The notes under the pieces: generated by a model
Seen by the model: the letters and a program-made list of their open reading frames with translations, nothing else
The model's database searches: none
What the model was told of the DNA's origin: nothing
Part shown: positions 10,995 to 21,572 of the stretch, in pieces
Numbering within the stretch: the first letter of the stretch is position 1
Layout: each line of letters starts with the position of its first letter
Made by a program: the position numbers and the translations under genes
IMG/VR virus record: IMGVR_UViG_3300020411_002891
Span: 1 to 57,355 of that record
Strand: one strand, 5' to 3'
DNA: 57,355 nt
Source of the DNA: a virus
Taxonomy: Duplodnaviria > Caudoviricetes

Positions 10995-12362
10995 TTACTG
11001 TGGTCCTCTAGAGGCAAGTGAGATTACTTGCCTTATGAGACCTTGCTTATACACCTTCGTGTGTGGATCAGGTACTCCTAAGTACCCTGCAATCTCTCTC
11101 AACTCTTCCAAGTCAAGAGACCGCAGCTCGTCCCTTGCAGGTACGTGACCGTCCTTAATCTTATCTAGGATCGGCCCTTCAACAGATGGAGATGCTTCGA
11201 TAACTACACCTTCGGTAGCAGGCTCCTCTTGTATAGGAGGAGCGACCAAGCTCTGCTCTATCTCAGTCACGATATCAGGCATAGCAGAGCCTACGTGACC
11301 GTTTACGACTACCTCTTCTTCCTCTTCTACCGGAGCGAGTCCGAATCTGTCCTCGATTCCAGATAGTGCAGATAGATCGTTCTTGATGTCGTTGTCTATA
11401 CCAGGCAGCTCTCCGCCCTCGTTTAGATACCCATCCTTTACGAACATATCCACCATAGCGGTATGGGACTGCATCAGGGTATCTAAGTACCCAACGATAC
11501 CTCTAAGAGCTGTCTGGACCCTCCCAATTTCTTCTTTCAGATCATCTATAGAATCTTGAATGATTGTGTGGTTGGGTATCACAGGCATTTCTTCTGTGTA
11601 GGACTCGTCGGGCTCAAACACTTCGATAACCTCTGCTGGAGGCTCTTCGTGTAGCTGGATAGGCTCATCCTCTACTACTCGCAGATCTGGCGGAGCCTCC
11701 TCCTGGGACGAAGAATACTCTTGCAGACGAGCAAAGATAGCCGACCGCTTTCTCCCTAGATCGGAGATGTCTACTCCCAATCTGTCGGCCTCAGCACGCA
11801 GCTCTGCTAGCTTAGGTAAGTCGGATATTCCTCTGCCGGTTTTCTTAGTAGCCACTGGTTCCTCCGCTGGCTTTTCAGTCTCTTTGACTTCTTCTTTTAC
11901 TGGTGCAGTGTTTGCAGCTTGGGCCTCTTTAGGTAGTTTCCCTGTAGCTACGAACTCTTCAAATAGCTTAGTCAAGTCCTGACGGCTCCAGAACGTTGAC
12001 AGAAATGTTTGCAGCTCTTCTGGAGCAACGCCTGAGTTAGCCTCAAACGCCTTCATAAACTTATCTCTAGCTGCCATCCTCTCATCTAGCATGGCGATAG
12101 CATCGTCTGCTGTAGGCCACGCCCAGCCGCTATCTGTCTTCTCTATAAAGTTAGAGTAGTCCATAACGGCGAACAGAGGTGACCGCTTTGCGTCGATCAC
12201 GTCTGCCAACTGTGCGTTTGTCTTAAACTGCGTAAGCGCCCTTACTACTGCAGTACCGTCGATACCGAAAACTAGTTGCCCTAGCTTGATTAGGTGGCCC
12301 CTTCTTTTGATGAGGTGATCGTCTATCGGTGTCTCTGCGGTGATCTCAATACTTTGTGCCAT
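10995..12362 (-). CDS. Acidic hypothetical protein with two helix-extension-helix (Rho-N/SAP-like) motifs
   Basis: LAELRAEADRLGVDISDLGRKRSAIFARL and LDLEELREIAGYLGVPDPHTKVYKQGLIRQV match the HeH pattern. Glu/Pro-rich linkers. Confidence 0.5.
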   Translation of the reverse strand: MAQSIEITAETPIDDHLIKRRGHLIKLGQLVFGIDGTAVVRALTQFKTNAQLADVIDAKRSPLFAVMDYSNFIEKTDSGWAWPTADDAIAMLDERMAARDKFMKAFEANSGVAPEELQTFLSTFWSRQDLTKLFEEFVATGKLPKEAQAANTAPVKEEVKETEKPAEEPVATKKTGRGISDLPKLAELRAEADRLGVDISDLGRKRSAIFARLQEYSSSQEEAPPDLRVVEDEPIQLHEEPPAEVIEVFEPDESYTEEMPVIPNHTIIQDSIDDLKEEIGRVQTALRGIVGYLDTLMQSHTAMVDMFVKDGYLNEGGELPGIDNDIKNDLSALSGIEDRFGLAPVEEEEEVVVNGHVGSAMPDIVTEIEQSLVAPPIQEEPATEGVVIEASPSVEGPILDKIKDGHVPARDELRSLDLEELREIAGYLGVPDPHTKVYKQGLIRQVISLASRGPQ

Positions 12363-12363
12363 T

Positions 12364-12858
12364 CTATATCTCCTTCTCGATTAGGTCCGAGTTTACGGAC
12401 CAGCACTCTACTACTGTATTACTGGGGCACGTAGGGCAGTCTAAGCTGCACTTTTGTACCGATTTAACCATTGTCGAATTTCCCTTTACGTAAGCAAAGG
12501 TCTTATCCCGTATTGCGCTCAGAGGGTCATCCATTTGTATGGAGTCTCCTAATACAAACGCAAGCAAATCTTCTCTGAGCATTTGTCGGCTTGCGCCTTT
12601 ATTTCCCATATCCTTGCAGATGAGTACCAACTCACTATCGCTCATTTCGTAAACTTTAGAGAAGTCTACTTTGATAGGTTCTGGTGCCTTCTTCTTCCGA
12701 GGCTTCTTAGCTTTTGGGGCAGGTGCCTCAGTAGCTTTCTTCGGCTCCGGTAAAGTTAGCGATGCCCGAGCCTCTCCTAAGAGAAGCTCCTCTATTCGAG
12801 AGAGGCGATCATCATGCTCAAGGATAAGTTTGATCAGGTCAGATTGTTTCATCGTCAA
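12364..12858 (-). CDS. Hypothetical protein with HeH-like motif and C-terminal Cys cluster
   Basis: MSDSELVLICKDMG...LREDLLAFV, CSLDCPTC...C, and a Lys/Pro-rich linker. Confidence 0.45.
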   Translation of the reverse strand: MTMKQSDLIKLILEHDDRLSRIEELLLGEARASLTLPEPKKATEAPAPKAKKPRKKKAPEPIKVDFSKVYEMSDSELVLICKDMGNKGASRQMLREDLLAFVLGDSIQMDDPLSAIRDKTFAYVKGNSTMVKSVQKCSLDCPTCPSNTVVECWSVNSDLIEKEI

Positions 12859-13345
12859 ACTCCTCCATAGGTTTCAAGATAGCGACAAGACCTTCTTGCT
12901 CGCTGGGTCTCTTATGCGCGCAAACTGTGAAGTTATTTCGATCTCGGATTCCTACAAGCTGACTTATGCAGTCCTCTACAAGTTTGATCATGTTTGAGGT
13001 ATCTATGTCCTTGAATGGACTTTTGATTCTTTTATCTTTGCCGTAAGTAAAGTTGTATAACTTTTCGGGCTTCATATAGAACCAGAGGTGGAGCTCGTAC
13101 ATCGACTCTTGGTCAGCACTAAAGGACATCAAATCGATTTCTGATGCTCCACCTCTTTCAGAGATAAACTTATTCTTAAATCTCTTACCTGCGGACGTAA
13201 GTATTCTTCGACCGCCTTTATGGAAGTAGAGTCTATTTACAGAAACAGGCAGCTCTGCAAACTCAAACTTTATCTCTACTCCCACGTTAGCGCCTTTTCC
13301 ATCTGTTTCTAGAGCCAGAACTTTCTGAGATAGAGTTTCTTTCAA
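12839..13345 (-). CDS. rusA: RusA-family Holliday junction resolvase
   Basis: PVSVNRLY...G..FK at the N-terminus and DIDTSNMIKLVED...GIRDRN catalytic-type motif. True start may be slightly downstream. Confidence 0.75.
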   Translation of the reverse strand: MKETLSQKVLALETDGKGANVGVEIKFEFAELPVSVNRLYFHKGGRRILTSAGKRFKNKFISERGGASEIDLMSFSADQESMYELHLWFYMKPEKLYNFTYGKDKRIKSPFKDIDTSNMIKLVEDCISQLVGIRDRNNFTVCAHKRPSEQEGLVAILKPMEEFDDETI

Positions 13346-13886
13346 ACTCCTCCCCTCTACGAGTTTGCTCTCTACTGATTAAGTTTAGGCTTCTTTTGTA
13401 TTGCTCATACCTAGTCTCAGCTTTCTTAACGAATACTTCTGCTCTCAGTACAGCTCCGTCTATTTCTGCATACCGCTTGTCGGTAGCTACCCGGTCCTGG
13501 ACCTGGTTGGCTGGGACTTCCTTTTCTTCTTTGTAGTAAATACTTAGAGCTGACTCTACTACTTTGCAGTTTCTCTTCATCGTAAGATGTATGCACTTTG
13601 CTCTAGTTAGCTCACTCTGAACATAGTTTGCCCAGTTTGATATGAAACTAAATAACTTACCGATAGATACACTATCTAACTCTGTAAGATCTTCGGGTAT
13701 CAGAGGGTCTTGGTTTTCTCCATACTCTACTACAGCCTCAATGCCTGTAGGTGCTGCAGGTATAGGCAACCTTTCTGATATCTGACTTTCGAGCAAACTG
13801 TGAGAAACGTCATCTATGATCCCGTCGTAAAGTTCGATAAGTTCATCGACATTCATATTACGGGCTACTTGAAATCTTGCTGACAT
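13287..13886 (-). CDS. Helical protein, possibly a UvsY-like recombination mediator
   Basis: All-helical coiled-coil character (DRVATDKRYAEI..., LNLISREQTRR), located near recA. Confidence 0.4.
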   Translation of the reverse strand: MSARFQVARNMNVDELIELYDGIIDDVSHSLLESQISERLPIPAAPTGIEAVVEYGENQDPLIPEDLTELDSVSIGKLFSFISNWANYVQSELTRAKCIHLTMKRNCKVVESALSIYYKEEKEVPANQVQDRVATDKRYAEIDGAVLRAEVFVKKAETRYEQYKRSLNLISREQTRRGEEFERNSISESSGSRNRWKRR

Positions 13887-13893
13887 AGTTACC

Positions 13894-15198
13894 TCATAGT
13901 CTTGGTTTACATTTCCATTGATAAGGGCATGTTCTACATACGTAGTCCTTATCGATTGTGGGAGGCATCTTATCTGCTTCTACGGTATTAATTATCCGCT
14001 CAGCCCTTCCTGCTAGTCGATGCCAAAGTTTCTTATCTATTGGTACGTTGTAGCAAGCGATCTCTCCCGTATCTTTGTTTATATAGATGTACTGCATCTC
14101 CTTTAAGTTTAGGATGCTGCCGTACAAAGTTCCTTGTTTCTGGTGGTCAGACTTTGCGTTTGAAAGTTTGTCGAACCCCTTATACGAAATACTTTTGATT
14201 TCGAAGCCGGTACTTTCAAACATCCCGTCACAGTGACCGTGTATCTTTAGGTCAGGGTCATCTACTTCAGCCTCAATGACAACTTCGTCACCGAATACGT
14301 CCTCTAGTGCAGTTTGAATAACCTCATGTACTGAGTGCCCTGCATCAAAGATTCTGCGTAACCCTGCACCTATCTTTGGTTTAGTTTTCTCTCCCACCAA
14401 GCCGTAGGCTATTCTACGGTCACACTCAGAGATACTAAACTCTGACGGGTGTATGCAGTGAGTAGACCGCCCACTAGGTTTGTTGTTCAGCCCTACTAAG
14501 TAAGTATCTAAAACTTTTGCTACACCAAACTCCGGTGCTACGCCTACTTTTGATTTTACTTGTGGGTGAGGGTTACCTCTATGGGCATCACAGACAGAAG
14601 CGTATGGGCAGCTACGGCACTCAGACTCGACTCCTGACAGTTCCGCAGACCCTTCTACTAACTTTTGAAAGTATAAAACTTTCCTAAGAACGGCTTTAGC
14701 TGTGTCCTCAAAGTTTTCCGTTACGTTCCAACAAGACCACTTGAGGCTATTACGATTCATCGTAATAACTAGAGCCGACTCCTTATTTAGTAGGTGTGCT
14801 TTAGTTGCTACTGTCTCTACTACCCAAGGAGGTAGTCGCCTTCTTTCTGTGATCGTGTTGAAAGTTTTATCCGGCAGAGGAACAATCTCAACTAAGACAT
14901 CTCCATCAATAACTCCGTCAAAGTTTACTTCTATGACTTCGTTAAGTTTCTTAGAGAACCCTTCTTGGTACCGAGCGCCGTAGCATCCTGAAAGATACTT
15001 TTGCACCATCTCCCGTAGTCCGACAGAAAGTTTCCTTAGAGCTATTCTATTAGCAGGCTCTAAACTTACAGTCTCTTCGCCGAGGAAGCGTAAGTATTGT
15101 TGGTACGTGCAGGGACGCTTAACTATGTCAGACAAAGTTACATCTTGTGGGTAGCTGTCTTTTTGTAGAGACTTATTTATCTCCAACTGAAGATTCAT
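13894..15198 (-). CDS. Tandem Cas4/AddB-like PD-(D/E)xK exonuclease with two Fe-S-type domains
   Basis: C-terminal domain: HPSE..ECDRRIAY, GHSVHE, GHCDG, FEIKS, HQKQGTLY, CRTCPYQWKC. The N-terminal half repeats the layout (PCTYQQY, FDGV, CRSCPYASVC). Confidence 0.75.
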   Translation of the reverse strand: MNLQLEINKSLQKDSYPQDVTLSDIVKRPCTYQQYLRFLGEETVSLEPANRIALRKLSVGLREMVQKYLSGCYGARYQEGFSKKLNEVIEVNFDGVIDGDVLVEIVPLPDKTFNTITERRRLPPWVVETVATKAHLLNKESALVITMNRNSLKWSCWNVTENFEDTAKAVLRKVLYFQKLVEGSAELSGVESECRSCPYASVCDAHRGNPHPQVKSKVGVAPEFGVAKVLDTYLVGLNNKPSGRSTHCIHPSEFSISECDRRIAYGLVGEKTKPKIGAGLRRIFDAGHSVHEVIQTALEDVFGDEVVIEAEVDDPDLKIHGHCDGMFESTGFEIKSISYKGFDKLSNAKSDHQKQGTLYGSILNLKEMQYIYINKDTGEIACYNVPIDKKLWHRLAGRAERIINTVEADKMPPTIDKDYVCRTCPYQWKCKPRL

Positions 15199-15808
15199 CG
15201 CGCCTCCTTTTTATGTCTTCAAATTCGGTTTCTGCAAGTATCCAAGGGGATGACTCCATGCCCTCGATCCACATAGGCGTAGTTTTAATGTGGTGGTCGT
15301 AGATACTTATGCCTTTCCCTTTTACTTCTAAGCAACCGCCCGCGTTGTCTTTGGTACTGCTATCTAGCCAGTCCTCTCGAACAACTACTAGTCGTGTTGG
15401 CATACTGCCTATCTGGAGATGTAGGAGAGGCTCTTCGCCTGCCTCAAGAGCGCCAGTACAGAGTTTTTCCCATACTTTGTGGGTAAGCCTGTACTTATTA
15501 GTCTTGGTTTTCTTACACTCAACCCGCCATTCATGGAAAGCACGTCCATCGCCATCTTCATTGACGGCACCCGACATTAGAGTTTCTCTGGCCTCTACGA
15601 GACTGTTTGCTCTCTTTTCTTGGGCTACCCACTCTTTTCTTCTCAGATGTTTAGGTTGCCTCTTTCGGTGATTTTGGATGCACGTAGACTTGTGCGTAAT
15701 GTAGTCAACTACGTCGACGGTTCCGTTATCTAAGTAGCGTATTGCTACCTTGCCTCTTGCTTTACATAGGGTGCAAGTAGCTTTGATATTTTTAGTCCTC
15801 CTTTCCAT
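15173..15808 (-). CDS. Hjc-like PD-(D/E)xK nuclease/resolvase with N-terminal Cys/His cluster
   Basis: QEKR...SGA...GDG...VECKKT motif; CTLC...H..C at the N-terminus. Confidence 0.6.
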   Translation of the reverse strand: MERRTKNIKATCTLCKARGKVAIRYLDNGTVDVVDYITHKSTCIQNHRKRQPKHLRRKEWVAQEKRANSLVEARETLMSGAVNEDGDGRAFHEWRVECKKTKTNKYRLTHKVWEKLCTGALEAGEEPLLHLQIGSMPTRLVVVREDWLDSSTKDNAGGCLEVKGKGISIYDHHIKTTPMWIEGMESSPWILAETEFEDIKRRRDESSVGDK

Positions 15809-16844
15809 CTAAGTACTCCTTTACCTTTTCTTGAATCTCTACTACTACTTTTGGGTGCTCTCTTAGGTACGCGGCGACTCGGTCTCTACCTTGTCCTACC
15901 GACTCTCCGTTGTATGAATACCAGGCGCCCTTCTTTTCGATTGCTCCGCACGCAATTCCATAGTCCATCAACTCACTTTCCCAGCTGATGCCCTGACCAA
16001 ACATAAGATCAAACTCTGTGGTCCTATGCGGCGGAGCCACTTTGTTCTTTACGATCTTTACCTTTACTCGGTTGCCCATGACAGCCTCGCCCTTTTTCAG
16101 CGAGCCGATTCTTCGGACGTCAAGCCTCACCGACGAGTAGAATTTGAGAGCATTGCCTCCAGGAGTAGTTTCAGGCGATCCCCACTTTACTCCGATCTTC
16201 ATACGGATTTGGTTGATGAATACTACTGTAGTGTTTGTTTTACCGATGGTACCAGTAATCTTCCTCATAGCTTTGCTCATAAGCCGAGCTTGTAGGCCTA
16301 CCTGCAGCTCGTCCATGTCTGCTTCCAGCTCCTTCATAGGAGTTAGGGCAGCTACCGAGTCTACGACGATTAGATCTACCTTTCCGGTACTCACTAAGTG
16401 ATCGACTAGGGATAGGGCATCCTCTCCTGATTCCGGCTGGTTAAAGAGCAGCTCCTCGAGATTTACTCCTACGTCCTCTGCGTACTCTGGCGTAAGGGCG
16501 TGTTCCGCATCAATAAACGCGGCTACGCCTCCCGCCTTCTGGCACTCAGCAAGTAGATGTAGCGTGAGCGTAGTCTTTCCGCTGGCCTCTGGTCCGAATA
16601 CCTCTACGATACGGCCTCTAGGCAGTCCTCCGACCCCTAGAGCGTGATCTAATCCAATAGACCCTGTAGAGATGGACCCTTTCGCAGTTTCTCTTACGGC
16701 GAACTTACCTCTAAGCGTTCCGATAGATCCTTTCCCAAACTGCTTCTCTGCCGTTGCAACTAAATTCTCTATTAGCTGTTCTCGATCTTCTGCTGTTGGG
16801 GCTATTGCAAGTGCCTCAGCGCTTTGCTTCTTCTTTCTTGGCAT
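15792..16844 (-). CDS. recA: RecA recombinase
   Basis: [74 protein letters not shown]. Confidence 0.98.
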   Translation of the reverse strand: MPRKKKQSAEALAIAPTAEDREQLIENLVATAEKQFGKGSIGTLRGKFAVRETAKGSISTGSIGLDHALGVGGLPRGRIVEVFGPEASGKTTLTLHLLAECQKAGGVAAFIDAEHALTPEYAEDVGVNLEELLFNQPESGEDALSLVDHLVSTGKVDLIVVDSVAALTPMKELEADMDELQVGLQARLMSKAMRKITGTIGKTNTTVVFINQIRMKIGVKWGSPETTPGGNALKFYSSVRLDVRRIGSLKKGEAVMGNRVKVKIVKNKVAPPHRTTEFDLMFGQGISWESELMDYGIACGAIEKKGAWYSYNGESVGQGRDRVAAYLREHPKVVVEIQEKVKEYLDGKED

Positions 16845-17136
16845 CAGGTGTCTCCTCTTCTTTCTTAGACTGCTTCTTTACTGCTTCTTGGGCTTCTTTT
16901 TCTTTTTCTGTGACCACTACTGCACGTTTTTCCATTGGGTCCTCCATGGGGCATGGTACCGAGTAGGCCTCTTCTACGGCCCTCATATAGTAATGTCTGT
17001 TCCAGAAGTTCCACTCAGGGTCGAACTCCCTTACGAATCTGTAGGATACCCCACACGTACATTTTATTAAAAATGCAAGATCAGGGGTATCCTCAAACAA
17101 CACGTCGATAGACGCGATCTCGTGAGATTCACTCAT
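16816..17136 (-). CDS. Hypothetical protein
   Basis: Overlaps neighbours in operon fashion; CTCG...CP motif and a charged tail. Confidence 0.55.
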   Translation of the reverse strand: MSESHEIASIDVLFEDTPDLAFLIKCTCGVSYRFVREFDPEWNFWNRHYYMRAVEEAYSVPCPMEDPMEKRAVVVTEKEKEAQEAVKKQSKKEEETPDAKKEEAKR

Positions 17137-19007
17137 TTAGCTTCCTTCCAATTATCTACGATTACTGGTTCTGCGGGTAATGGTACTCGCAGAGGGTTTA
17201 CAAAAGGATTCTCCATGTAGTCCTTTATGATTTCTGCTGCTTCTACTGCGTTTTCTTCAGGACAGTTGAACACCAACTCATCGTGAATTTGGAGCCGCAG
17301 CGTACATCCAAGACTATTTAGATATGCATCTTGCGCACACTTAATCATGGACTTTTTAACGATATCTGCGGCGGATCCTTGGATCGGAGTATTTACGGCC
17401 TGCCTCTCTGCATGACCCCTCTCGCCCCACTTACGGGACTTGAGCTTACTCAGTCTACGAAACCTCCCACAGATAGTTTGTACGTAACCCTTCTTCTTGG
17501 CGTGGTTCTTGAACCAATCAATCTGATTCTTCACGTCAGGGAACGCTGCTAAGTATCCGTTTAGGTACTTTTCAGCCTCCTCTACCGATACGGTTCTATT
17601 GAGGCTGCTAGATAAGTTTGACGCCAGCTTTTGGGGTCCGATGCAGTAGATAATCCCAAACCCTACGGCTTTAGCAGCTTGCCGCATTGTTTTCGCTGCG
17701 GGATCTTCTGCTTCCTTCATCTTCATGAAATCTTCGTATGAAGTTCCCATCATCAGGCTAGCTGTATACGAGTGCATGTCTCTGCCTGCGCAGATGCCCT
17801 CGATCATCGCTTTATCGCCTGATGCTTCTGCCATAATACGCATCTCTAGCTGAGCGTAGTCAGACACAATCAGCTTACAGCCCTCATCGGGTATGAACGC
17901 CGCCCGTATTCCATGAACGTCCCAGTTAGGTCTAGGGATGTTCTGGAGGTTTGGTTCTGATGAGGACAGTCGACCTGTTACCTTTAGCGGACTAAAGCTG
18001 GTATGTATATGCCCGTCTTTCTGTACGTGTTTGAGCAAGCCCTTGGCGTAAGTACCTAATAGCTTACCTGCCTTACGGTACTTCACGATCAGCTTACATT
18101 CCTCAAGCCCATCTACGTTTGCGTAGTGGTCTAAGGATGCCTCATCGCAGCTGGGAGCACCTTTAGGGGTGGTCTTTATTGGCTTAATGCCCTTCTCCTC
18201 AAAGAGTAGCTGAGCAACCTGCTTAGTACTCTGCGGATTTATGGGCCTGCCTACTAGCTTACAGAGGTCTCCCGCGATCCTTTCCATATCGAGTTCGAGA
18301 GACTTACTAACTGTCTCTAGCCGCTCTGTGTCGATATTGATGCCTCGCCGCTCCATCTCATAGAGGCAGCGGAGCTGGGGCTCCTCCATGTCCCAATAGA
18401 GATCAGTCAGTGTCCAGTCTTGGCCTGACCACAGAGGAACTTTATCCAGCTTGTCGAATAGGTACAGAGCTAGCTTCCTAGTTACCCAGGCATCTAGCGA
18501 CCCATAGTCTAAAAACTTTTCCCAAGACTCGTGGCCAGGTCGGATCTTTCTAGGGTCATTGTTCCCTACGATGGCTTTATACTTTGCCATAGGGATTTGA
18601 AAGTAGTCCCAAGAGCAGTTGTCTAGAGAGTGCCTATTTTCTCTAGTGTCCTCATCGTAGAGCCAGTCCAATACTAAAGAGTCTGCGACAGGGCCTTTTA
18701 CGGTCAATCCTGCATTTGCCAGCCTATGTGCATCAAACTTAAAGTTGTGGAATGACTTAGTTATATGAGGACTTTCTATTACGGGCTTAAAGTGGTGTAC
18801 ATACTGTCTAGGTACAAAGTACCTGACGGACTCATCGGGGCAGGCCCCCATATACAAGACCTGGTCATCTAGACTTTTGTACTGCTTGCCCAGTGTCTCT
18901 GTATCTAAGGCGAGAAGCTTAGAAGAAGCGCACCTATTGATGGCCTCCTCTAGCTTCTCTGGCGTATCTACAAATGATGGTCTTGGTACGTCAGTTACAA
19001 ACCGCAT
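17133..19007 (-). CDS. polA: Family-A DNA polymerase with 3'-5' exonuclease and no 5' nuclease
   Basis: Exo motifs DTET, HNFKFD, YGSLD. Polymerase motifs TGRLSSSEPNLQNIP, DYAQLEMR, RQAAKAVGFGIIY, NTPIQGSAADI, QIHDEL. Confidence 0.97.
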   Translation of the reverse strand: MRFVTDVPRPSFVDTPEKLEEAINRCASSKLLALDTETLGKQYKSLDDQVLYMGACPDESVRYFVPRQYVHHFKPVIESPHITKSFHNFKFDAHRLANAGLTVKGPVADSLVLDWLYDEDTRENRHSLDNCSWDYFQIPMAKYKAIVGNNDPRKIRPGHESWEKFLDYGSLDAWVTRKLALYLFDKLDKVPLWSGQDWTLTDLYWDMEEPQLRCLYEMERRGINIDTERLETVSKSLELDMERIAGDLCKLVGRPINPQSTKQVAQLLFEEKGIKPIKTTPKGAPSCDEASLDHYANVDGLEECKLIVKYRKAGKLLGTYAKGLLKHVQKDGHIHTSFSPLKVTGRLSSSEPNLQNIPRPNWDVHGIRAAFIPDEGCKLIVSDYAQLEMRIMAEASGDKAMIEGICAGRDMHSYTASLMMGTSYEDFMKMKEAEDPAAKTMRQAAKAVGFGIIYCIGPQKLASNLSSSLNRTVSVEEAEKYLNGYLAAFPDVKNQIDWFKNHAKKKGYVQTICGRFRRLSKLKSRKWGERGHAERQAVNTPIQGSAADIVKKSMIKCAQDAYLNSLGCTLRLQIHDELVFNCPEENAVEAAEIIKDYMENPFVNPLRVPLPAEPVIVDNWKEAK

Positions 19008-20167
19008 TCGTTCTCCAATTCGTCAACTTGCCTTACTAGTTCTGGGAGCGGTCCGTATCCAAGAGGCTCGCCCATTAGATCGGATAACTCCTCTACCGTT
19101 TTGCATAGGGTAGTTGCTTCGCCTTTGAGTCGGGACATCGCGCCTTGGACAGCCCAGCTTCCTGGGCCGTGCGCACCGAGCACATTGATTACGTGGGGTA
19201 TCTTATCTCCATCAAGAATCTCCGACGCTACTTCCAATGCCTTCTTGTAGATGACGCACCATGCGTCATACTGACTGTCACGAAGGAGCTTATAAATGCT
19301 CGCCTCTGGGTGGCCATTCCACCTCAGTACACTCACAGCCTTCCGAAGTCCGTCATAGCTGCGAGACAAGAACACATCTAGCTCATCTACGTCTATCTGT
19401 TGATTTTGAACTTTGATTGGGTGGAATGAAGTTTCGTGTGTAGATATTTCATGGATGGCGTCATCTTCCGTAGACCAGCATATTTCCGCTGCATCGAAGT
19501 ATAGCTTACGCCCATCTACGGACTCCCTTACTCCCGAGTCTGATGTAGGCATCACTGCCCCGTTTATGTTTACTCGGCCGTCTAAGTAAATCTCCATTCC
19601 CGGTATAGTTTCGGAGCTCTCTACTGGACACAGAATCTCCATGCCCATCTCAGCAAAGCTACGCAAGTAGCCTCCGGATATGGCTACCACTCTGTTGTCA
19701 AAGTTGAATACGTACTTAGCTGCAGACTGTGTTCTCATCCGAGCGCCGAAGGTCGATCCCTCGTCGCTGTTTGGGTAGTAGGCCCTGGCCTTCCCAGCGT
19801 AGAATAAGTCCGTAAGGCTACGCCGCTCACCATTTGATAGGTGGTTGTCTATTACTTTGTATAGGCCGTCCACACTAAATTTGTGTGTACCTACCCACTC
19901 TTTCTTAACTATCTTCGATAGCTTCTTAGACATGGCAGGCCTAAACATATTTGCTTCTGTGTCTATCTCTGTGCCGTTTAGTATTCGGTAATCTATGAAT
20001 TGACCTTCTAGAGGTACAAACACCTTCTCAAGGAGTTCCTCCGAAAGGAAGTTAGCCACTGGGTCAATTACTACCGCCCAGTGGCCATTTCCTATTAGAA
20101 GGTTGTCTCCATCGAGTAAGGCAGTTGCTTCCCCCAGATCTCTCTGAATCTCTGGTGTGAATAACAT
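18995..20167 (-). CDS. Hypothetical protein (390 aa)
   Basis: Long ORF overlapping polA; no motif recognised. Confidence 0.6.
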   Translation of the reverse strand: MLFTPEIQRDLGEATALLDGDNLLIGNGHWAVVIDPVANFLSEELLEKVFVPLEGQFIDYRILNGTEIDTEANMFRPAMSKKLSKIVKKEWVGTHKFSVDGLYKVIDNHLSNGERRSLTDLFYAGKARAYYPNSDEGSTFGARMRTQSAAKYVFNFDNRVVAISGGYLRSFAEMGMEILCPVESSETIPGMEIYLDGRVNINGAVMPTSDSGVRESVDGRKLYFDAAEICWSTEDDAIHEISTHETSFHPIKVQNQQIDVDELDVFLSRSYDGLRKAVSVLRWNGHPEASIYKLLRDSQYDAWCVIYKKALEVASEILDGDKIPHVINVLGAHGPGSWAVQGAMSRLKGEATTLCKTVEELSDLMGEPLGYGPLPELVRQVDELENECGL

Positions 20168-20364
20168 TCTGGTTCTCGTTGAAATTTTATTAGTAGTGGA
20201 TCCGGCTCTATTGCCAGCATCCGCGCTATGCGTAGGTACATCTCTACGCTGTTTACTCCGTCAGTCAGGCGTCCTTCTGAGAGGGCAGACCCTGACTTCA
20301 CATAGTAGTAGGCCAGGAGACCTCGGAGATGATCCAAGGCCTCCTGGCGCTTTGTCCAGCCCAT
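20095..20364 (-). CDS. Hypothetical protein (89 aa)
   Basis: Fills the gap in the minus-strand operon. Confidence 0.5.
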   Translation of the reverse strand: MGWTKRQEALDHLRGLLAYYYVKSGSALSEGRLTDGVNSVEMYLRIARMLAIEPDPLLIKFQREPECYSHQRFREIWGKQLPYSMETTF

Positions 20365-20378
20365 CGATTTATCGTAGC

Positions 20379-21572
20379 TTATCTACGAGCAAATCTGCTG
20401 TTGCCAAACGGTACCGCTCTCTTAGAGCCTGATGGAGGTCCGTCTGTACCTCCTACCCCTCGGTATGGGTTCTCTACTCCGAGCGCCTTAGCTTGTGCGT
20501 CTAGTACAGCCATGACGTACTCTTCGTCGGAATCGAACTTGTCGGGATTGACCCGCTCCGGACGGAAGAACTCTGAGAGATCCCACGGCTCCAACATTTC
20601 GTTGATCTCTTCATCCGAGAATCGGTGCTCTCGGAGCTTATCGATTACTCCGCCGAAGCGGTCGCTAGTATCGAAGCTAAGGGAGCTAGTAGCTTTCCCG
20701 TCAGAGCTTCTGGAGCCCGCACGCGTAACTGTTAGATTCTTGTCTAGCATAGAGGCGCGTACAGGTTCGTGATGACCCTCCTCGTGGTACTCGCAAATAG
20801 TGACCTCTTTCGGCCTACCTTTATGTCCGCAGTTCTTACAAGAGTAGTCGTCATCATAGGCAACTGACTCTATCTCAACTCCATCCATTCTCCGAATCTC
20901 TTCTTCAGACACTACTTCGTCACCACAGTTCTCGCACTCGAAACCGATGCAGTAGATGTCATTTCCGCAAAGATCTCCTGGGAGTTTTCCATCAGGTACG
21001 TCCGCAAGACACGTCTCGGATAGACGATCATCGACAGCATAGAGCGCGGAGGCCTGCTTACTGCTCAGCTCCCACACCTTATGCCCACCAAATATTCTAT
21101 TGGCTACTTCAGGATCATTCGATGCGCAGTCGCGGCATTTCCTAGGGTTTCCGTCCGGTCCTTCTACAGAGCACGGAGAGTAGATCAGCTTCTTACGGCC
21201 GTCTTTCTTTGGGTCATCCACTACGTGCGCGTGGAAGTACCTAAAGTCTATGACCTCAAAGATCTCCTTCGTAGTTGCGTACAGGTTGCTTTCCCGCTTC
21301 TCTTCCTTATCCTTGAGGTAGTAGTAGTTATATACATCCCGGCCTCCAAACATAGGTAAGTCCTGCGTAGCGGTCCTCGGGAACCCTACCCACACTACTT
21401 TTCGGATATACGATCCCCCACTCTCTGGCTCCAAGACCCTAATCTCTGCGCTCTCGTTTAGATCAAGGATGAAGTTCTTTGCGGTAAATGGTGGCCACAG
21501 TTTATCTGATCCGCCACCGCTATATTTCTTCTTTGCTGGCGGAGTGTGCCGCCTAAATCTACTGAATCCCAT
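20379..21572 (-). CDS. Cys-rich putative single-stranded DNA-binding / replication accessory protein
   Basis: Follows helicase-primase. Several CxxC clusters (CRDC, CENC, CKNC); layout reminiscent of gp32-like phage SSBs. Confidence 0.45.
   Translation of the reverse strand: MGFSRFRRHTPPAKKKYSGGGSDKLWPPFTAKNFILDLNESAEIRVLEPESGGSYIRKVVWVGFPRTATQDLPMFGGRDVYNYYYLKDKEEKRESNLYATTKEIFEVIDFRYFHAHVVDDPKKDGRKKLIYSPCSVEGPDGNPRKCRDCASNDPEVANRIFGGHKVWELSSKQASALYAVDDRLSETCLADVPDGKLPGDLCGNDIYCIGFECENCGDEVVSEEEIRRMDGVEIESVAYDDDYSCKNCGHKGRPKEVTICEYHEEGHHEPVRASMLDKNLTVTRAGSRSSDGKATSSLSFDTSDRFGGVIDKLREHRFSDEEINEMLEPWDLSEFFRPERVNPDKFDSDEEYVMAVLDAQAKALGVENPYRGVGGTDGPPSGSKRAVPFGNSRFARR

Noticed and set aside
10936-11148. 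Plus-strand 70-aa ORF after the tail fibre
   Set aside because: Runs through the terminator hairpin and is antisense to a longer gene.
13894-15198. CRISPR-Cas locus suggested by the Cas4-like gene
   Set aside because: No repeat-spacer array or other cas genes seen; the context is recombination and replication.
15792-16844. Host assignment from the RecA sequence
   Set aside because: Clearly a bacterial-type RecA, but a phylum cannot be assigned without a phylogeny.
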